From: a virus
Virus genome (UHGV): UHGV-0384350
Strand: one strand, 5' to 3'
Length of the DNA: 43,609 nucleotides
Shown: positions 26,965 through 36,764 of the stretch, piece after piece
How positions within the stretch are numbered: the stretch's first letter is position 1
Layout of the letters: every line of letters starts with the position of its first letter
Made by a program: the position numbers and the translations under genes
The notes under the pieces: model-generated
Seen by the model: the letters and a program-made list of their open reading frames with translations, nothing else
The model's database searches: none
Told to the model about the DNA's origin: nothing

Positions 26965-27486
26965 ATGGGGACAATCTATGATGCGTTTCACAGTGCAAAA
27001 TCGACAGCTGCAAATATTCCTCAGCCAGGGGAGCAGGGTTCCTATACCATCCCTGCTTTTCTGGAGGATTTCCCACAGTTTTGTCAGGAAGAATATACGG
27101 TCATGGGCTCAGGAGAGATCCGGCGTAAAAGCCTGATCCCGGAAACCATGCTTCAGACATTCGTAGACCAGGCAAATGACAGTGTATTGCCATCCCGATG
27201 GGGGAGTATGTGGCGGTATGCAGTGGGGCTGTATGTAGCACATTTTTCCACGATGTACCTTAAAACGTATTCGCCATGTTCCCAGAGCACTGGACAGGCA
27301 GCAGGGAATGCAGAGCAAAAGGGCGTTGTAAAAACAGTGTCCATGGGTGATACCTCTGTCAGTTATGACAACAGCGCTGTGACAGCTGGAACCGAAAAAT
27401 GGGGAAGCTGGAATACCACCCAGTACGGCTCCCAGCTGGTTACAATGGCCCGTATGGTAGGAATGGGAGGTATGTATGCTATTTGA
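26965..27486 (+). CDS. Hypothetical neck/head-tail adaptor protein
   Basis: Assignment is by position in the module. Confidence 0.35.
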   Translation: MGTIYDAFHSAKSTAANIPQPGEQGSYTIPAFLEDFPQFCQEEYTVMGSGEIRRKSLIPETMLQTFVDQANDSVLPSRWGSMWRYAVGLYVAHFSTMYLKTYSPCSQSTGQAAGNAEQKGVVKTVSMGDTSVSYDNSAVTAGTEKWGSWNTTQYGSQLVTMARMVGMGGMYAI

Positions 27487-27877
27487 TAATCCTATTTTTG
27501 CCGGGTGGTATACAGATACCGTTGATATCTACAGAGTGTCAGCTCAGAAACAGGGGAATGTGACCCGGCAGGAACGGCAGAAAGTAAATACAGCTCCTGT
27601 TTTATGCCGGATCTACAGCCCAAAGAAGGATGGCCCTGTGATGACGGATAATGCATCCAGAGAACGGGCGTCAGAGAAATTAGCTTGTGACCTGTCTGTG
27701 GATATACGGGCAGGAGATGAGCTGCAGGTGATCCGGGGAGGAGCACTGGGACATGCAAATCAGCCGGAACGGTATGTGGCCGGAGCACCGGTGGCCTATT
27801 ATGACCCAGTAGGCGGTGGAATGACCGGTCTGGAGCACAAAGAGGTTGGACTGCTGAAAGACAATATTGTGAGGTGA
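27476..27877 (+). CDS. Hypothetical head closure / neck protein
   Basis: Assignment is by position in the module. Confidence 0.35.
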   Translation: MLFDNPIFAGWYTDTVDIYRVSAQKQGNVTRQERQKVNTAPVLCRIYSPKKDGPVMTDNASRERASEKLACDLSVDIRAGDELQVIRGGALGHANQPERYVAGAPVAYYDPVGGGMTGLEHKEVGLLKDNIVR

Positions 27878-27881
27878 TTGG

Positions 27882-28379
27882 ATGTCAAGTTTTGGTGCTC
27901 AGATGAGGAAGAGGTTAAATGAACTGCGTAAGGTCGGACAGAACGTACCAAAGATCATGGCAGAGGTGGCAGAGGGTGCCACCATTGAGGCTGTACGGGT
28001 GGCGACGGAGAATACACCGCCCAATGATGGTACGATTGCGGGAACCAATATGCGGTCAGGTGATATGGCTCAGCACTGGGCTACGGACAGTCAGACAACG
28101 CCTATTGTTTCAGGGGGAAGTGTGCGGACGGAATTAAACAATCATATGCAGTATGCTTCCTGTGTGAATGACGGTCACCGCGTGGACAAGCATTTTGTTC
28201 CGGGCTTGATCAAGAACGGTTCTCTTTTAGAACGGTCCCCAGACGGCTCAGGCGGTCTGATGGTCGGTACAAAGACCACCTATGTGAAAGGAAAATACAT
28301 GAAGCAGAAAGCAATCGGAAAATACCGCTCTGTGATCCGTACTGAGCTGGATAAGCGGGTAAGGGAGGCGTTCAAATGA
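27882..28379 (+). CDS. HK97 gp10-like tail component protein
   Basis: The size and conserved-looking N-terminus fit, and it is in the right position. Confidence 0.45.
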   Translation: MSSFGAQMRKRLNELRKVGQNVPKIMAEVAEGATIEAVRVATENTPPNDGTIAGTNMRSGDMAQHWATDSQTTPIVSGGSVRTELNNHMQYASCVNDGHRVDKHFVPGLIKNGSLLERSPDGSGGLMVGTKTTYVKGKYMKQKAIGKYRSVIRTELDKRVREAFK

Positions 28380-28828
28380 CTTTTACATTGGATCATATTG
28401 TAGACAGCCTTGCAGGAGTCCTTACTTCCAGATACTCAGCGTATCCGGTTTATGACAGTCCCAATCCCCAGGGGACAGAACCTCCATGCTTTTTTATTTT
28501 TTTCATGCCCTCTACCATAGAAGGGCAGGTGGGAGAACGGTTCCTGCGTGATCTGGGTGTGGACATTGTGTTTGTGCAGGAACGTAACATTGTTAATGCC
28601 AACGCAGAGATTCTCCAGATTGCGGATTATCTGGATACGGTACTGGAGCTGTTCCCTTATTCAGATGGGGGCAGTGAAACAGCATGGGTACGAACCTATG
28701 AGAGGCAGTGGCAGACGGAAGATGGGGAGCTGCATTATCAGTTCCATATCAGGGAACGGGTGCGGCTGCCGGAGGAAGGAAATCCAATGCAGGAAATGGA
28801 GGAACGTTATGGCATCAAAGGCAAATAA
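28376..28828 (+). CDS. Hypothetical tail completion protein
   Basis: It lies directly before the sheath region. Confidence 0.35.
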   Translation: MTFTLDHIVDSLAGVLTSRYSAYPVYDSPNPQGTEPPCFFIFFMPSTIEGQVGERFLRDLGVDIVFVQERNIVNANAEILQIADYLDTVLELFPYSDGGSETAWVRTYERQWQTEDGELHYQFHIRERVRLPEEGNPMQEMEERYGIKGK

Positions 28829-29021
28829 GAGTACAGAGTCTAAGTCTACTGTTGCGACGCCGCACAAAAGAGACGGACAAAAATACTCCACCAGTAAACT
28901 GTTGAAAAGCAAGCATTTGGCCGGGTATCAGCGGGATTTTGCCAGGGTGATCCTGACAGAACCAGAATATACTATCGAAGAGGCAAGAAAGCTTTTAGAT
29001 GAGAGATTAAAGGACAAATAA
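28809..29021 (+). CDS. Hypothetical small Lys-rich protein
   Basis: An RBS GGAGG lies 5 nt before the ATG at 28809. It carries palindrome copy 3 at codons 15-19. Confidence 0.35.
   Translation: MASKANKSTESKSTVATPHKRDGQKYSTSKLLKSKHLAGYQRDFARVILTEPEYTIEEARKLLDERLKDK
28851..28865. repeat. Palindromic motif copy 3 (degenerate): GTTGCGACGCCGCAC, inside a coding sequence
   Basis: It has two mismatches relative to the perfect 16-mer. Confidence 0.4.
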
Positions 29022-29051
29022 AAAGCCGCCCATTTAGGACGGCCTTTAGGA

Positions 29052-29477
29052 TTATGCCCGGAGCTTTGCAAGGAGGGCTTCCTGGAGAGTTTGAGAAAAG
29101 TTGATGCCCTGTTCCAAGGCGGCTTTGTTTAACCATGCTGGAATGGATAGGGTCTTTTTTACAGATTTCTCAAAGTGTTCCTTTGCGTAAGCTTCCACAT
29201 CGACAGAAACCATATTAACAAATGATTCGCAGGGAGGAGAATCCGGATCTAATTCTTTTGCGATAGCCAGGGGATCAATATCTGACAGTCCGGATGGTTC
29301 GGGAAGGGGTTCATTATCTCTTTTGCAAGTATGAATATAACCAGCGAGACAGTCGATAGCCATTCCCATGGCTTCCTGGAGCGTATCGCCCTGGGTGGCA
29401 AGCCAGTTAAGATCTGGGAAAATGACAGAATAGCCATTTTCTTCTTTATAAAAACAAGCTGGGTACACGGATAACAT
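29052..29477 (-). CDS. hicB: HicB-family antitoxin (type II toxin-antitoxin)
   Basis: It carries the motif YSVIFPDLNWLATQGDTLQEAMGMAIDCL. It lies immediately downstream of hicA on the minus strand. Confidence 0.8.
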   Translation of the reverse strand: MLSVYPACFYKEENGYSVIFPDLNWLATQGDTLQEAMGMAIDCLAGYIHTCKRDNEPLPEPSGLSDIDPLAIAKELDPDSPPCESFVNMVSVDVEAYAKEHFEKSVKKTLSIPAWLNKAALEQGINFSQTLQEALLAKLRA

Positions 29478-29518
29478 ATAATATACCTCCTAAAATTATT
29501 TGAGAAGGCAGACTGGGG

Positions 29519-29710
29519 CTATTTGAGCCCCGCCTGCTTCCTGATGGAATTCTCAGTCTTTTTGGTTAAGTCTTTACCCTGATGGAACGGGATTGTAACT
29601 TTTCCGGACTTTATCGGATGTACATAGTTCCGGTGAGAGCCCTCTTGGCTTTTGAATATCCACCCATCTGCAAGGATTAGTTTTTCCATTTCTCTTGGTT
29701 TTAGTGGCAT
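29519..29710 (-). CDS. hicA: HicA-family toxin (mRNA interferase)
   Basis: The sequence MPLKPREMEKLILADGWIFKSQEGSHRNYVHP matches HicA, and the protein is 63 aa. Confidence 0.85.
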   Translation of the reverse strand: MPLKPREMEKLILADGWIFKSQEGSHRNYVHPIKSGKVTIPFHQGKDLTKKTENSIRKQAGLK

Positions 29711-29734
29711 TTGTTATACCTCCCTTGCACTATT

Positions 29735-29763
29735 ATAATAGCATATAATACGTATTATGTCAA
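29735..29763 (-). promoter_or_regulatory. hicAB promoter (minus strand: TTGACA-17-TATTAT) with the 14-bp palindrome ATAATACGTATTAT in the spacer
   Basis: The -35 is at 29763-29758, the -10 at 29740-29735 and the palindrome at 29745-29758. It is followed by a GGGAGG RBS and the ATG at 29710. Confidence 0.5.
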
Positions 29764-29816
29764 TACGTATAAAACAATACATAAAATATTAAAAAATAAG
29801 AAAGCGAGGTCAAAAA

Positions 29817-31172
29817 ATGGCAGGAGGCACATGGACAAGCCAGAACAAAGCTCAGCCAGGTGTATACATTAACACCAAGTCGCAGGGCAATATCAGGGCA
29901 AACATTGGCACACGGGGGACTGTAGCGATTGCAGAACCTCTTTCTTGGGGACCGTCAGGGATTGTGCAGACGATTATCCCAGGAGAGGATCTGACACCGT
30001 ATATCGGTTACGATATTACAAATGAAAAGGCGCTGTTTCTCAGGGAAATGATGAAAGGTAGTGATACAACGGCAGGACCGTCAAAGATCCTTCTGTACCG
30101 CCCAAAAGGAACCAGTGGGGCAAAAGCAACAGTAACAGCCGGCACATTAACCGCTACCGCTGTGTATGACGGAGTGAGGGGAAACGACATTTCTATCATT
30201 ATCACAGCTGATCCGGATGAAGGAAGCACATTCCAGGTTACGACTGTAGTTGATGGATCTGTAAGGGATGAGCAGACCGCTAAGAATGCAGAGGAGCTTG
30301 TTAAAAATAAATGGGTGACATTTAGCGGATCAGGAACGCTTGAGGCGACTGCCGGGAAAAATCTGGCAGGTGGAAAGAATCCTACAGTAGCAACTACCGA
30401 CTATGCAGCATGGCTCACAGCAATGGAACCATACAAATTTGATGTGATGATCTATGATGGTGAGGATAAGACAACGATTCAGGCGGTAGCTGCTTTTGCA
30501 AAGCGTGTCTCAAATAATATCGGTTTGAAATGCCAGGCAGTTATGGCCGATGCTTCTGCATCAAACAGCGAGTGGGTAATTTCGGTCAAGAACGGCGTTA
30601 AGCTGGATGATGGAACCGTATTAACTCCGCAGCAAGCAACGTGGTGGTTAGGCGGAGCAGAGGCAGGAGCGTTGTATAACCAGTCCCTGACCTATTCCCG
30701 TTATCCCAACGCACTGGAAGCCAGTCCGAAGCTGACGGACGCGCAGATCGAAGAAGCAATCAAGGCTGGGGAAATTGTTTTTATTGATACCTTTGACAAA
30801 GTTAAGGTATGCACAGATATCAACACATTTACCAGCTTTGCAGTGGATAAGGGTGAGGAATATTCCAAAAACCGTGTTATGCGGGTGCTGAATCAGTTCT
30901 GCAATGATGTATATGAGCATTTCAGTAATTATTTCATTGGCAAGGTAAGCAATGATGAGACCGGCCGCAGTTTGCTGAAAGGTTGGATTGTAGGGTATCT
31001 GAATGATATGCAGGCAAATGGCGGTGTCCAGAACTTTGAGGCAGAGGATGTAACGGTGGAGGCCGGAAACAGCATTGATGCAGTTCTGATCGCCGTGAAG
31101 ATCCAGCCGGTGGACAGCATTGAGAAAATCTTCATGACGGTTACGGTATCTGTAAACGCTGAAGCAGAATAG
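29817..31172 (+). CDS. Contractile tail sheath protein (XkdK-like)
   Basis: It is 451 aa and lies immediately upstream of the tube gene. It shows sheath-like composition. Confidence 0.7.
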   Translation: MAGGTWTSQNKAQPGVYINTKSQGNIRANIGTRGTVAIAEPLSWGPSGIVQTIIPGEDLTPYIGYDITNEKALFLREMMKGSDTTAGPSKILLYRPKGTSGAKATVTAGTLTATAVYDGVRGNDISIIITADPDEGSTFQVTTVVDGSVRDEQTAKNAEELVKNKWVTFSGSGTLEATAGKNLAGGKNPTVATTDYAAWLTAMEPYKFDVMIYDGEDKTTIQAVAAFAKRVSNNIGLKCQAVMADASASNSEWVISVKNGVKLDDGTVLTPQQATWWLGGAEAGALYNQSLTYSRYPNALEASPKLTDAQIEEAIKAGEIVFIDTFDKVKVCTDINTFTSFAVDKGEEYSKNRVMRVLNQFCNDVYEHFSNYFIGKVSNDETGRSLLKGWIVGYLNDMQANGGVQNFEAEDVTVEAGNSIDAVLIAVKIQPVDSIEKIFMTVTVSVNAEAE

Positions 31173-31182
31173 GAGGTAGTAC

Positions 31183-31653
31183 ATGAGTTTTTTACTTGAA
31201 CGGGACGCCCTGAATGGAAAGGCAGGAAGCGGGTTCATGACAATCGATGGCGAAAACCATGAGATGTTTGGACTAAAAAAATTTGATTCCAATGCAGAAT
31301 TTCAGGAATCTGACTTTAAGGTAGTAGGGACCCGTCTGGTCCAGAAAAAGACTACAGGTGTATCCCTGACTGGTTCCATGACCATTTATTATGGAACGCC
31401 GCATTTCCTGCGAATGCTTCAGGATTATTTGAAGACAGGGAAGTTACCATATTTTACGATCCAGATCACAAATGATGATCCATCTTCCACGGTAGGTACG
31501 CAGACAGTGGTATTTTACAATGTAAAACTTCAGAAACTCCCCATTTCATCTCTGGATGCAGACGCTGATTTTCTGGAGATGGAAGTAGGATTTTCTTACA
31601 CAAATATCGAGGTTCTGAATTGGTTTAAAGACCCGGAACAGTTAGGAGGTTGA
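31183..31653 (+). CDS. Tail tube protein (XkdM-like)
   Basis: It is 156 aa, directly after the sheath gene. Confidence 0.7.
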   Translation: MSFLLERDALNGKAGSGFMTIDGENHEMFGLKKFDSNAEFQESDFKVVGTRLVQKKTTGVSLTGSMTIYYGTPHFLRMLQDYLKTGKLPYFTIQITNDDPSSTVGTQTVVFYNVKLQKLPISSLDADADFLEMEVGFSYTNIEVLNWFKDPEQLGG

Positions 31654-31660
31654 AATTATT

Positions 31661-32086
31661 ATGGGAGATATTAAAGCATTCCTGCTTCCGCCGGTTATGG
31701 AGGAAACGAAAGAGGTAGTAATTACAAAAAGAGCAGTAGGGGAGGATGGCAAGCCAGTACCGTTTGTGATTCGTGTAATTGATCAGGAGACGAATAACCG
31801 TCTGATTAAGCAGGCTACTCGAAAGAGCAAGATGAATGGCCAGCTGATCCGGGAACTTGATGATGATAAGTACGGAAAGCTGTTAGTAGGAGCCTGTGTT
31901 GTAAGCCCTAATTTTAAGGATTCCGAATTATGCGCACATTACAAAGTAGTGGATCCGCTGGATGTACCAGGGCGTATGTTGACTGTTGGGGAGTACAACC
32001 GATTAGTCAGGGAGATCAAGAAGATCAATGATTTAGTGACCGATGATGAAGAACTGAGTGAACTGGATGAAGAAGTAAAAAACTAG
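31661..32086 (+). CDS. Tail assembly chaperone (XkdN-like)
   Basis: It has an acidic C-terminus. It is followed by a short ORF (about 32100-32249) before the tape measure gene, as in G/GT-type chaperone pairs. Confidence 0.5.
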   Translation: MGDIKAFLLPPVMEETKEVVITKRAVGEDGKPVPFVIRVIDQETNNRLIKQATRKSKMNGQLIRELDDDKYGKLLVGACVVSPNFKDSELCAHYKVVDPLDVPGRMLTVGEYNRLVREIKKINDLVTDDEELSELDEEVKN

Positions 32087-32249
32087 TAGCGGAAAATACC
32101 ATGACGGTACAGCTTATGCAAAGAATGCTGTGTGATCATGGTATTTTCCCAAGTGAAGTTATGAATCTGAGAATACAGGAACGGCTTCTTATGGCGGCTC
32201 TTCTGGAGAAAGAACATAAAGAGATCAAGGAAAAGACAAGGGGGTAAAA

Positions 32250-34289
32250 TTGATGGGGAAAATAAATGAAACACTTACATTGACAGATCAGTTTTCTTCC
32301 TCTTTCCATACATTCATCAATCTGGGGGAGCAGGCTCTTTCAAGCCTGATTTCTGTCAACAATGGCATAACAGATCTGGCCTCACAGTCTGCCCGTGAAT
32401 CGGAGAAAACCAGACAGTCCATTGATGGAGTAACACAGAGTATCAATCAGATGTCCGATGCACTCCAGTATATTTCTGTACAGGGAATGAATGAGATCAA
32501 ACAGACGATCCAGCAGATTGATGTAAATCAGCGGAATCATACAGAAGAAACCAAACGGACAGGCAGAGCAGCAGGTGATCTTCTTCGGATATTCCGCCAG
32601 ATCGCAGTAGCAACTGGTGCGGTAAGTTTGGTAAGATCCTTCTTAGGGGTTGCTGATCAGCAGACACAGATTACAGCCCGCCTGAATTTAATGAATGATG
32701 GGCTTCAGTCCACAGCCGAATTGCAGGATATGATCTATGTGTCGGCGCAGCGTACCCGGTCTGCATATGATGCTACGGCACAGGTGGTAGCTGGCCTTGG
32801 ACAGCGTGCCGGTAAGGCATTTTCCTCCAGTGTAGAGATTGTCCAGTTTGCGGAAAACTTAAATAAGCAGTTTAAGATTGCAGGTGCATCGCAGCAGGAG
32901 ATTTCCTCAGCATCCCTGCAGCTGACCCAGGCAATGGGTGCTGGTGTGCTCCGCGGTGAGGAATTGAATGCAATCTTTGAGGCAGCGCCCAATATCATCC
33001 AAACGATTGCGGATTACCTGGGAGAGGACATAGGTAAAATCCGGGATATGGCATCAGAGGGACAGATTACGGCAGAAGTAGTAAAAAATGCTATGCTGAA
33101 AGCGACGGATGAGATAGATGCACAATTTCAAGAGATGCCTATGACACTGGCAGAAGCTTTTACCATGGGAAAAAACGCAATTCAAAAAAACTTGCAGGAT
33201 AGCTTTTATGGATGGAGTGAATTCTTGAATTCAGACGAAGGTCAGCAGGCTATTATGCAGGCAATTACCTTGTTCACAGTTCTTGCACAGATAGGAGTTG
33301 GGACGTTATCTGCGATTGGTCAGGGCGCTTTGTGGGTATCCAATAATCTGGATTTTATTTTACCTATATTGGCGGCAATAGGGGTGGCACTTGTCATATT
33401 GAATGGACAAGCGATTTTAGCAGGCATGGCCAATGTAGGAAGTGCACTGGCATCAGCTGCAGCCTGGGCGGCAGCAAACTGGCAGATATTACTGCTGATA
33501 GCTGTTTTTTCAGCAGCCCTGATTGCCGCCCAACAATTTGGATTCGGAATGCAGGAAGTCGGGAGCTTTGTTGGACAAATTTTAGGATTGCTGTATGTAG
33601 TCGGCTACAATGTCTTTGCATCTCTCTGGAATGTGATTGCTGCATTTGCGGAGTTCTTTGCGAATGTTTGGAATGATCCTCTGGGAGCGACCGCCCGGTT
33701 ATTTTTTGATGTATTTGATACAATTTTGGGAATTGTCGAAACAACAGCCGGAGCCATTGATGCACTTTTGGGAACGGATATGGCCAGTGTTGTATCCGGA
33801 TTCCGCGGCAAGATGTCCGGCTGGGTTGATGATACATTCGGAGAAAATGCAGTCCAGATCAAACGTATGTCAGAACTCGATGTGGTTGCGACGTCGCAAC
33901 AATGGGGGGATGTTGGTGCAAGTCTGGGGGCTAAGCTGGACAACATGGATCTCAGCCTGGAGTCATTGACGGATAATCTGGGAGGCCTGAATGGTTTTGA
34001 CGCATCATCTATCCCAACTGTGGACAACCTTGGAGACATTGGCAAGGTTGGGAAAGTCGGCAAGATCGAAGATGATGTAAAGCTTTCCGATGAAGATATC
34101 AAGATCTACAGGGATTTGGCAGAACGCCGCTATATGAATAACATAGAGCTTCAGACTATGGCGCCGCAGATCCATGTGTCCATTCCGGAAAGCGCTGCCA
34201 AGAATCTGACTGCCAGTGATATTGCGGATAAATTGAAAGCGATCCTGATCGAACAGGCTGCTGCCGGAACAGCAGTATCGCACGGATAG
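32250..34289 (+). CDS. Tail tape measure protein
   Basis: It is 679 aa with helical repeats and a hydrophobic central segment. It carries palindrome copy 4. Confidence 0.8.
   Translation: MMGKINETLTLTDQFSSSFHTFINLGEQALSSLISVNNGITDLASQSARESEKTRQSIDGVTQSINQMSDALQYISVQGMNEIKQTIQQIDVNQRNHTEETKRTGRAAGDLLRIFRQIAVATGAVSLVRSFLGVADQQTQITARLNLMNDGLQSTAELQDMIYVSAQRTRSAYDATAQVVAGLGQRAGKAFSSSVEIVQFAENLNKQFKIAGASQQEISSASLQLTQAMGAGVLRGEELNAIFEAAPNIIQTIADYLGEDIGKIRDMASEGQITAEVVKNAMLKATDEIDAQFQEMPMTLAEAFTMGKNAIQKNLQDSFYGWSEFLNSDEGQQAIMQAITLFTVLAQIGVGTLSAIGQGALWVSNNLDFILPILAAIGVALVILNGQAILAGMANVGSALASAAAWAAANWQILLLIAVFSAALIAAQQFGFGMQEVGSFVGQILGLLYVVGYNVFASLWNVIAAFAEFFANVWNDPLGATARLFFDVFDTILGIVETTAGAIDALLGTDMASVVSGFRGKMSGWVDDTFGENAVQIKRMSELDVVATSQQWGDVGASLGAKLDNMDLSLESLTDNLGGLNGFDASSIPTVDNLGDIGKVGKVGKIEDDVKLSDEDIKIYRDLAERRYMNNIELQTMAPQIHVSIPESAAKNLTASDIADKLKAILIEQAAAGTAVSHG
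33885..33900. repeat. Palindromic motif copy 4: perfect 16-mer GTTGCGACGTCGCAAC, inside the tape measure coding sequence (encodes VATSQQ)
   Basis: It is identical to copy 2. Confidence 0.6.
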
Positions 34290-34298
34290 GAGGATGGG

Positions 34299-35021
34299 AT
34301 GGGACAGCTTAAAAATACAACTTCCATCTATCTGAAATTTGGAAGTACAAAGATCCGGATACCGGTCAATCCGGAGGAGATTGAAATTAAATATCCAAGC
34401 AATAACAAGAAACAGGATATCATCGGCGTGGGAGAGGTTGTTGTACAGAAGCGACCGGGCTTAAGAGAAGTTTCATGGAAAGGCTTTTTCCCCGGCGAGG
34501 ATAGTGCAGATCCTTATATCAATAAGGGCGCAAAAAGCCCGCAGTGGTATGAGAAGCAGATCAGTAAGGCAATGAAGAGTAAACAGAAGGGGCGGCTTAT
34601 TATCAGCCGCTCAGATCTGTACGACACAAATATGCGCTGCATTATCAGCCAATTTGAGACTACCGACAAGGGCGGAGAGCCGGGAGATATGTACTATTCG
34701 CTGGAGCTGCAGGAGTACAGGGATTACTCTCCGCAAACCGTCAACATCGTTACAACCCCGCCTTCGGCGTCCGGAGGAGAACCGGTTCAAAGCGATGCAT
34801 CCACAGAGCAGCAGAGGGCAGTGGAAACTCCGGTGTTACGGGTAGGGGCATCTGTAGTGGTAAATGGGGAATACTGTTATGACAGCTACGGTGGAAAACC
34901 TCATGGTACAGCGAATAATATAAGCACTACCGTGACACGGATTGTCTCCGGAAATCCTTATCCGGTTCATGTTGGCTCTTATGGATGGGTACAGGAAAGC
35001 CAGCTTCAGATAACAGGGTGA
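34299..35021 (+). CDS. Hypothetical tail protein (XkdP position)
   Basis: Assignment is by synteny only. Confidence 0.4.
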   Translation: MGQLKNTTSIYLKFGSTKIRIPVNPEEIEIKYPSNNKKQDIIGVGEVVVQKRPGLREVSWKGFFPGEDSADPYINKGAKSPQWYEKQISKAMKSKQKGRLIISRSDLYDTNMRCIISQFETTDKGGEPGDMYYSLELQEYRDYSPQTVNIVTTPPSASGGEPVQSDASTEQQRAVETPVLRVGASVVVNGEYCYDSYGGKPHGTANNISTTVTRIVSGNPYPVHVGSYGWVQESQLQITG

Positions 35022-35027
35022 TTCGTA

Positions 35028-36052
35028 TGAGCAGTATAACATTACAGGTCCAGACAACGGGACCGGCTCCAGGCGGGGCCACACAGACAGTAATTACCGA
35101 TTACGCGACCACAGCCCGGGAAATTGAACTTATAACAGAGCGGTTTGATACACCGGGCTCCCTCACCTTTACCTGTCTGGAAGACAGCGGGGTCGCTATT
35201 CCGGAAGGGAGCTCCGTAGAGTTTTCCGTGGAAGGGGTAAAGATGTTTAAAGGGTATATTTTTACCGCAGAACGTAATAAGGACGGAGAGGTGTCATATA
35301 CGGCCAGAGATCAGCTGAGATACCTGAAAGCGAATGCCAGTTATCTGTTCCAGAATATGACCCTGCCCCAGATCATCGGGCAGATCGCAGCGGATTTTGG
35401 CCTGAAAGTGGGGGCCATGGAGGATACGGGTTATGCGTTCCCGTATCTGGACAAGGAAAATGAGGGATGTCTGGATATTATATTTGACGCCCTGGCCCAA
35501 ACGATTGTGCAGACCGGAAAGATCTATAATTTCTATGATAATTGCGGAGAGCTGTGTTTGACGGAAGCAAAGAATATGTTCATTACTACGCTTTTGGGAG
35601 ATAAAAGCCTGGTAACAGATTATACCTATAAGCGGGATATTGACAGCAATACATATAACCGCGTGAAGCTGGTGCGTAAAAATAAGGACAGCGGCCGGAC
35701 GGATGCCTATATACATGAGGACAGCGATACCATTAAGAAATGGGGTCTGCTCCAGTATTATGATGAAGTAGATGAAAATCTGAATGAAGCCCAGATTGAT
35801 GAAATGTGCAGGCAGTATCTGCAATATTACAACCGGGTGCTGCAAACATTATCGTTGGATTCGATTGGCATTCCAGGCCTCCGGGCTGGTATGATTATTC
35901 CGGTGAGGATCGGGGCGGTGGATGGCCTTGCTGTTTCCCGGCTTATGATAGCAGAAAAGGTTACACATACCTTTGAGGGGGATGAGCACGATCATACCAT
36001 GAGCATAGAGGTAAAAGACTTTGGACAACTGGGAGGGATAAATATTGTCTAA
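35028..36052 (+). CDS. Baseplate hub-like protein (XkdQ / gpD-like position)
   Basis: Assignment is by synteny and size. Confidence 0.45.
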
Positions 36053-36353
36053 CCTATTAGGAGTAATACAGGAAATCATGCAGGAAAATCAGAAAGCGAT
36101 GAAGCCTACGGAAGTCGCATTTGGGACTGTAGCCACAGTATCGCCTCTTTCTATTCTGGTAGACGGAACCTCACAGCCCAAGCCGGAGGCTGGACTGATC
36201 CTCACAGAATCTGTAATCCCGAAGACTGTTCAGGTGCAGGGAGGCGGCGGAGGAACCGCTGTAATCAATAAAGGGCTGGCTGTAGGGGACAAGGTTGTTA
36301 TGCTGCGGGTTTCCCGTGGGAACCGTTACATTGTCCTTTCCAAGGCACAGTAA
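36045..36353 (+). CDS. XkdR-like small baseplate protein (DUF2577-like)
   Basis: Assignment is by size and synteny. Confidence 0.5.
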   Translation: MSNLLGVIQEIMQENQKAMKPTEVAFGTVATVSPLSILVDGTSQPKPEAGLILTESVIPKTVQVQGGGGGTAVINKGLAVGDKVVMLRVSRGNRYIVLSKAQ

Positions 36354-36362
36354 GGAGGAAGT

Positions 36363-36764
36363 ATGACAACATTACCCGATGGCGTAGGTCTGGATGCATC
36401 CTTAAAGCATACAGAGCAGCCTACAAACACATTCCTGATCGACTGGTCTTCCAGACAGATTTCCGGGATGGATGAGGGACTGGGAGCTATGAGGCAGGCG
36501 GTAGAAATTATTCTACAGAATGAGCGCTTCCGCTGGCAGATCTATGACAGCAATTTTGGGACTGAACTGGAGGATTTGGTCGGAGAAGAATATGATTATA
36601 TTGTAAGTGAGCTTCCCCGCAGGATCGAGGAGGCTTTTTCTTTGGATAACAGGATTTTATCAGTGGAGAATTTTAAATGCTTGGAACAGAACAGTGGAAT
36701 TCTGACAGTATCATTTGACGTTGTAACTGTATACGGGACTTTTTCAGAGGAGGTGGAAATGTGA
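36363..36764 (+). CDS. Baseplate wedge gp25/W-like protein (XkdS, DUF2634-like)
   Basis: Assignment is by size, synteny and conserved-looking motifs. Confidence 0.5.
   Translation: MTTLPDGVGLDASLKHTEQPTNTFLIDWSSRQISGMDEGLGAMRQAVEIILQNERFRWQIYDSNFGTELEDLVGEEYDYIVSELPRRIEEAFSLDNRILSVENFKCLEQNSGILTVSFDVVTVYGTFSEEVEM

Noticed and set aside
30648-31292. A 214-aa minus-strand ORF inside the sheath and tube genes
   Set aside because: It is antisense to conserved structural genes and has no start signals.
33394-34102. Two long minus-strand ORFs (147 and 165 aa) inside the tape measure gene
   Set aside because: They are antisense to the tape measure gene. They are Ser/Pro/Arg-rich translations, typical of non-coding frames.
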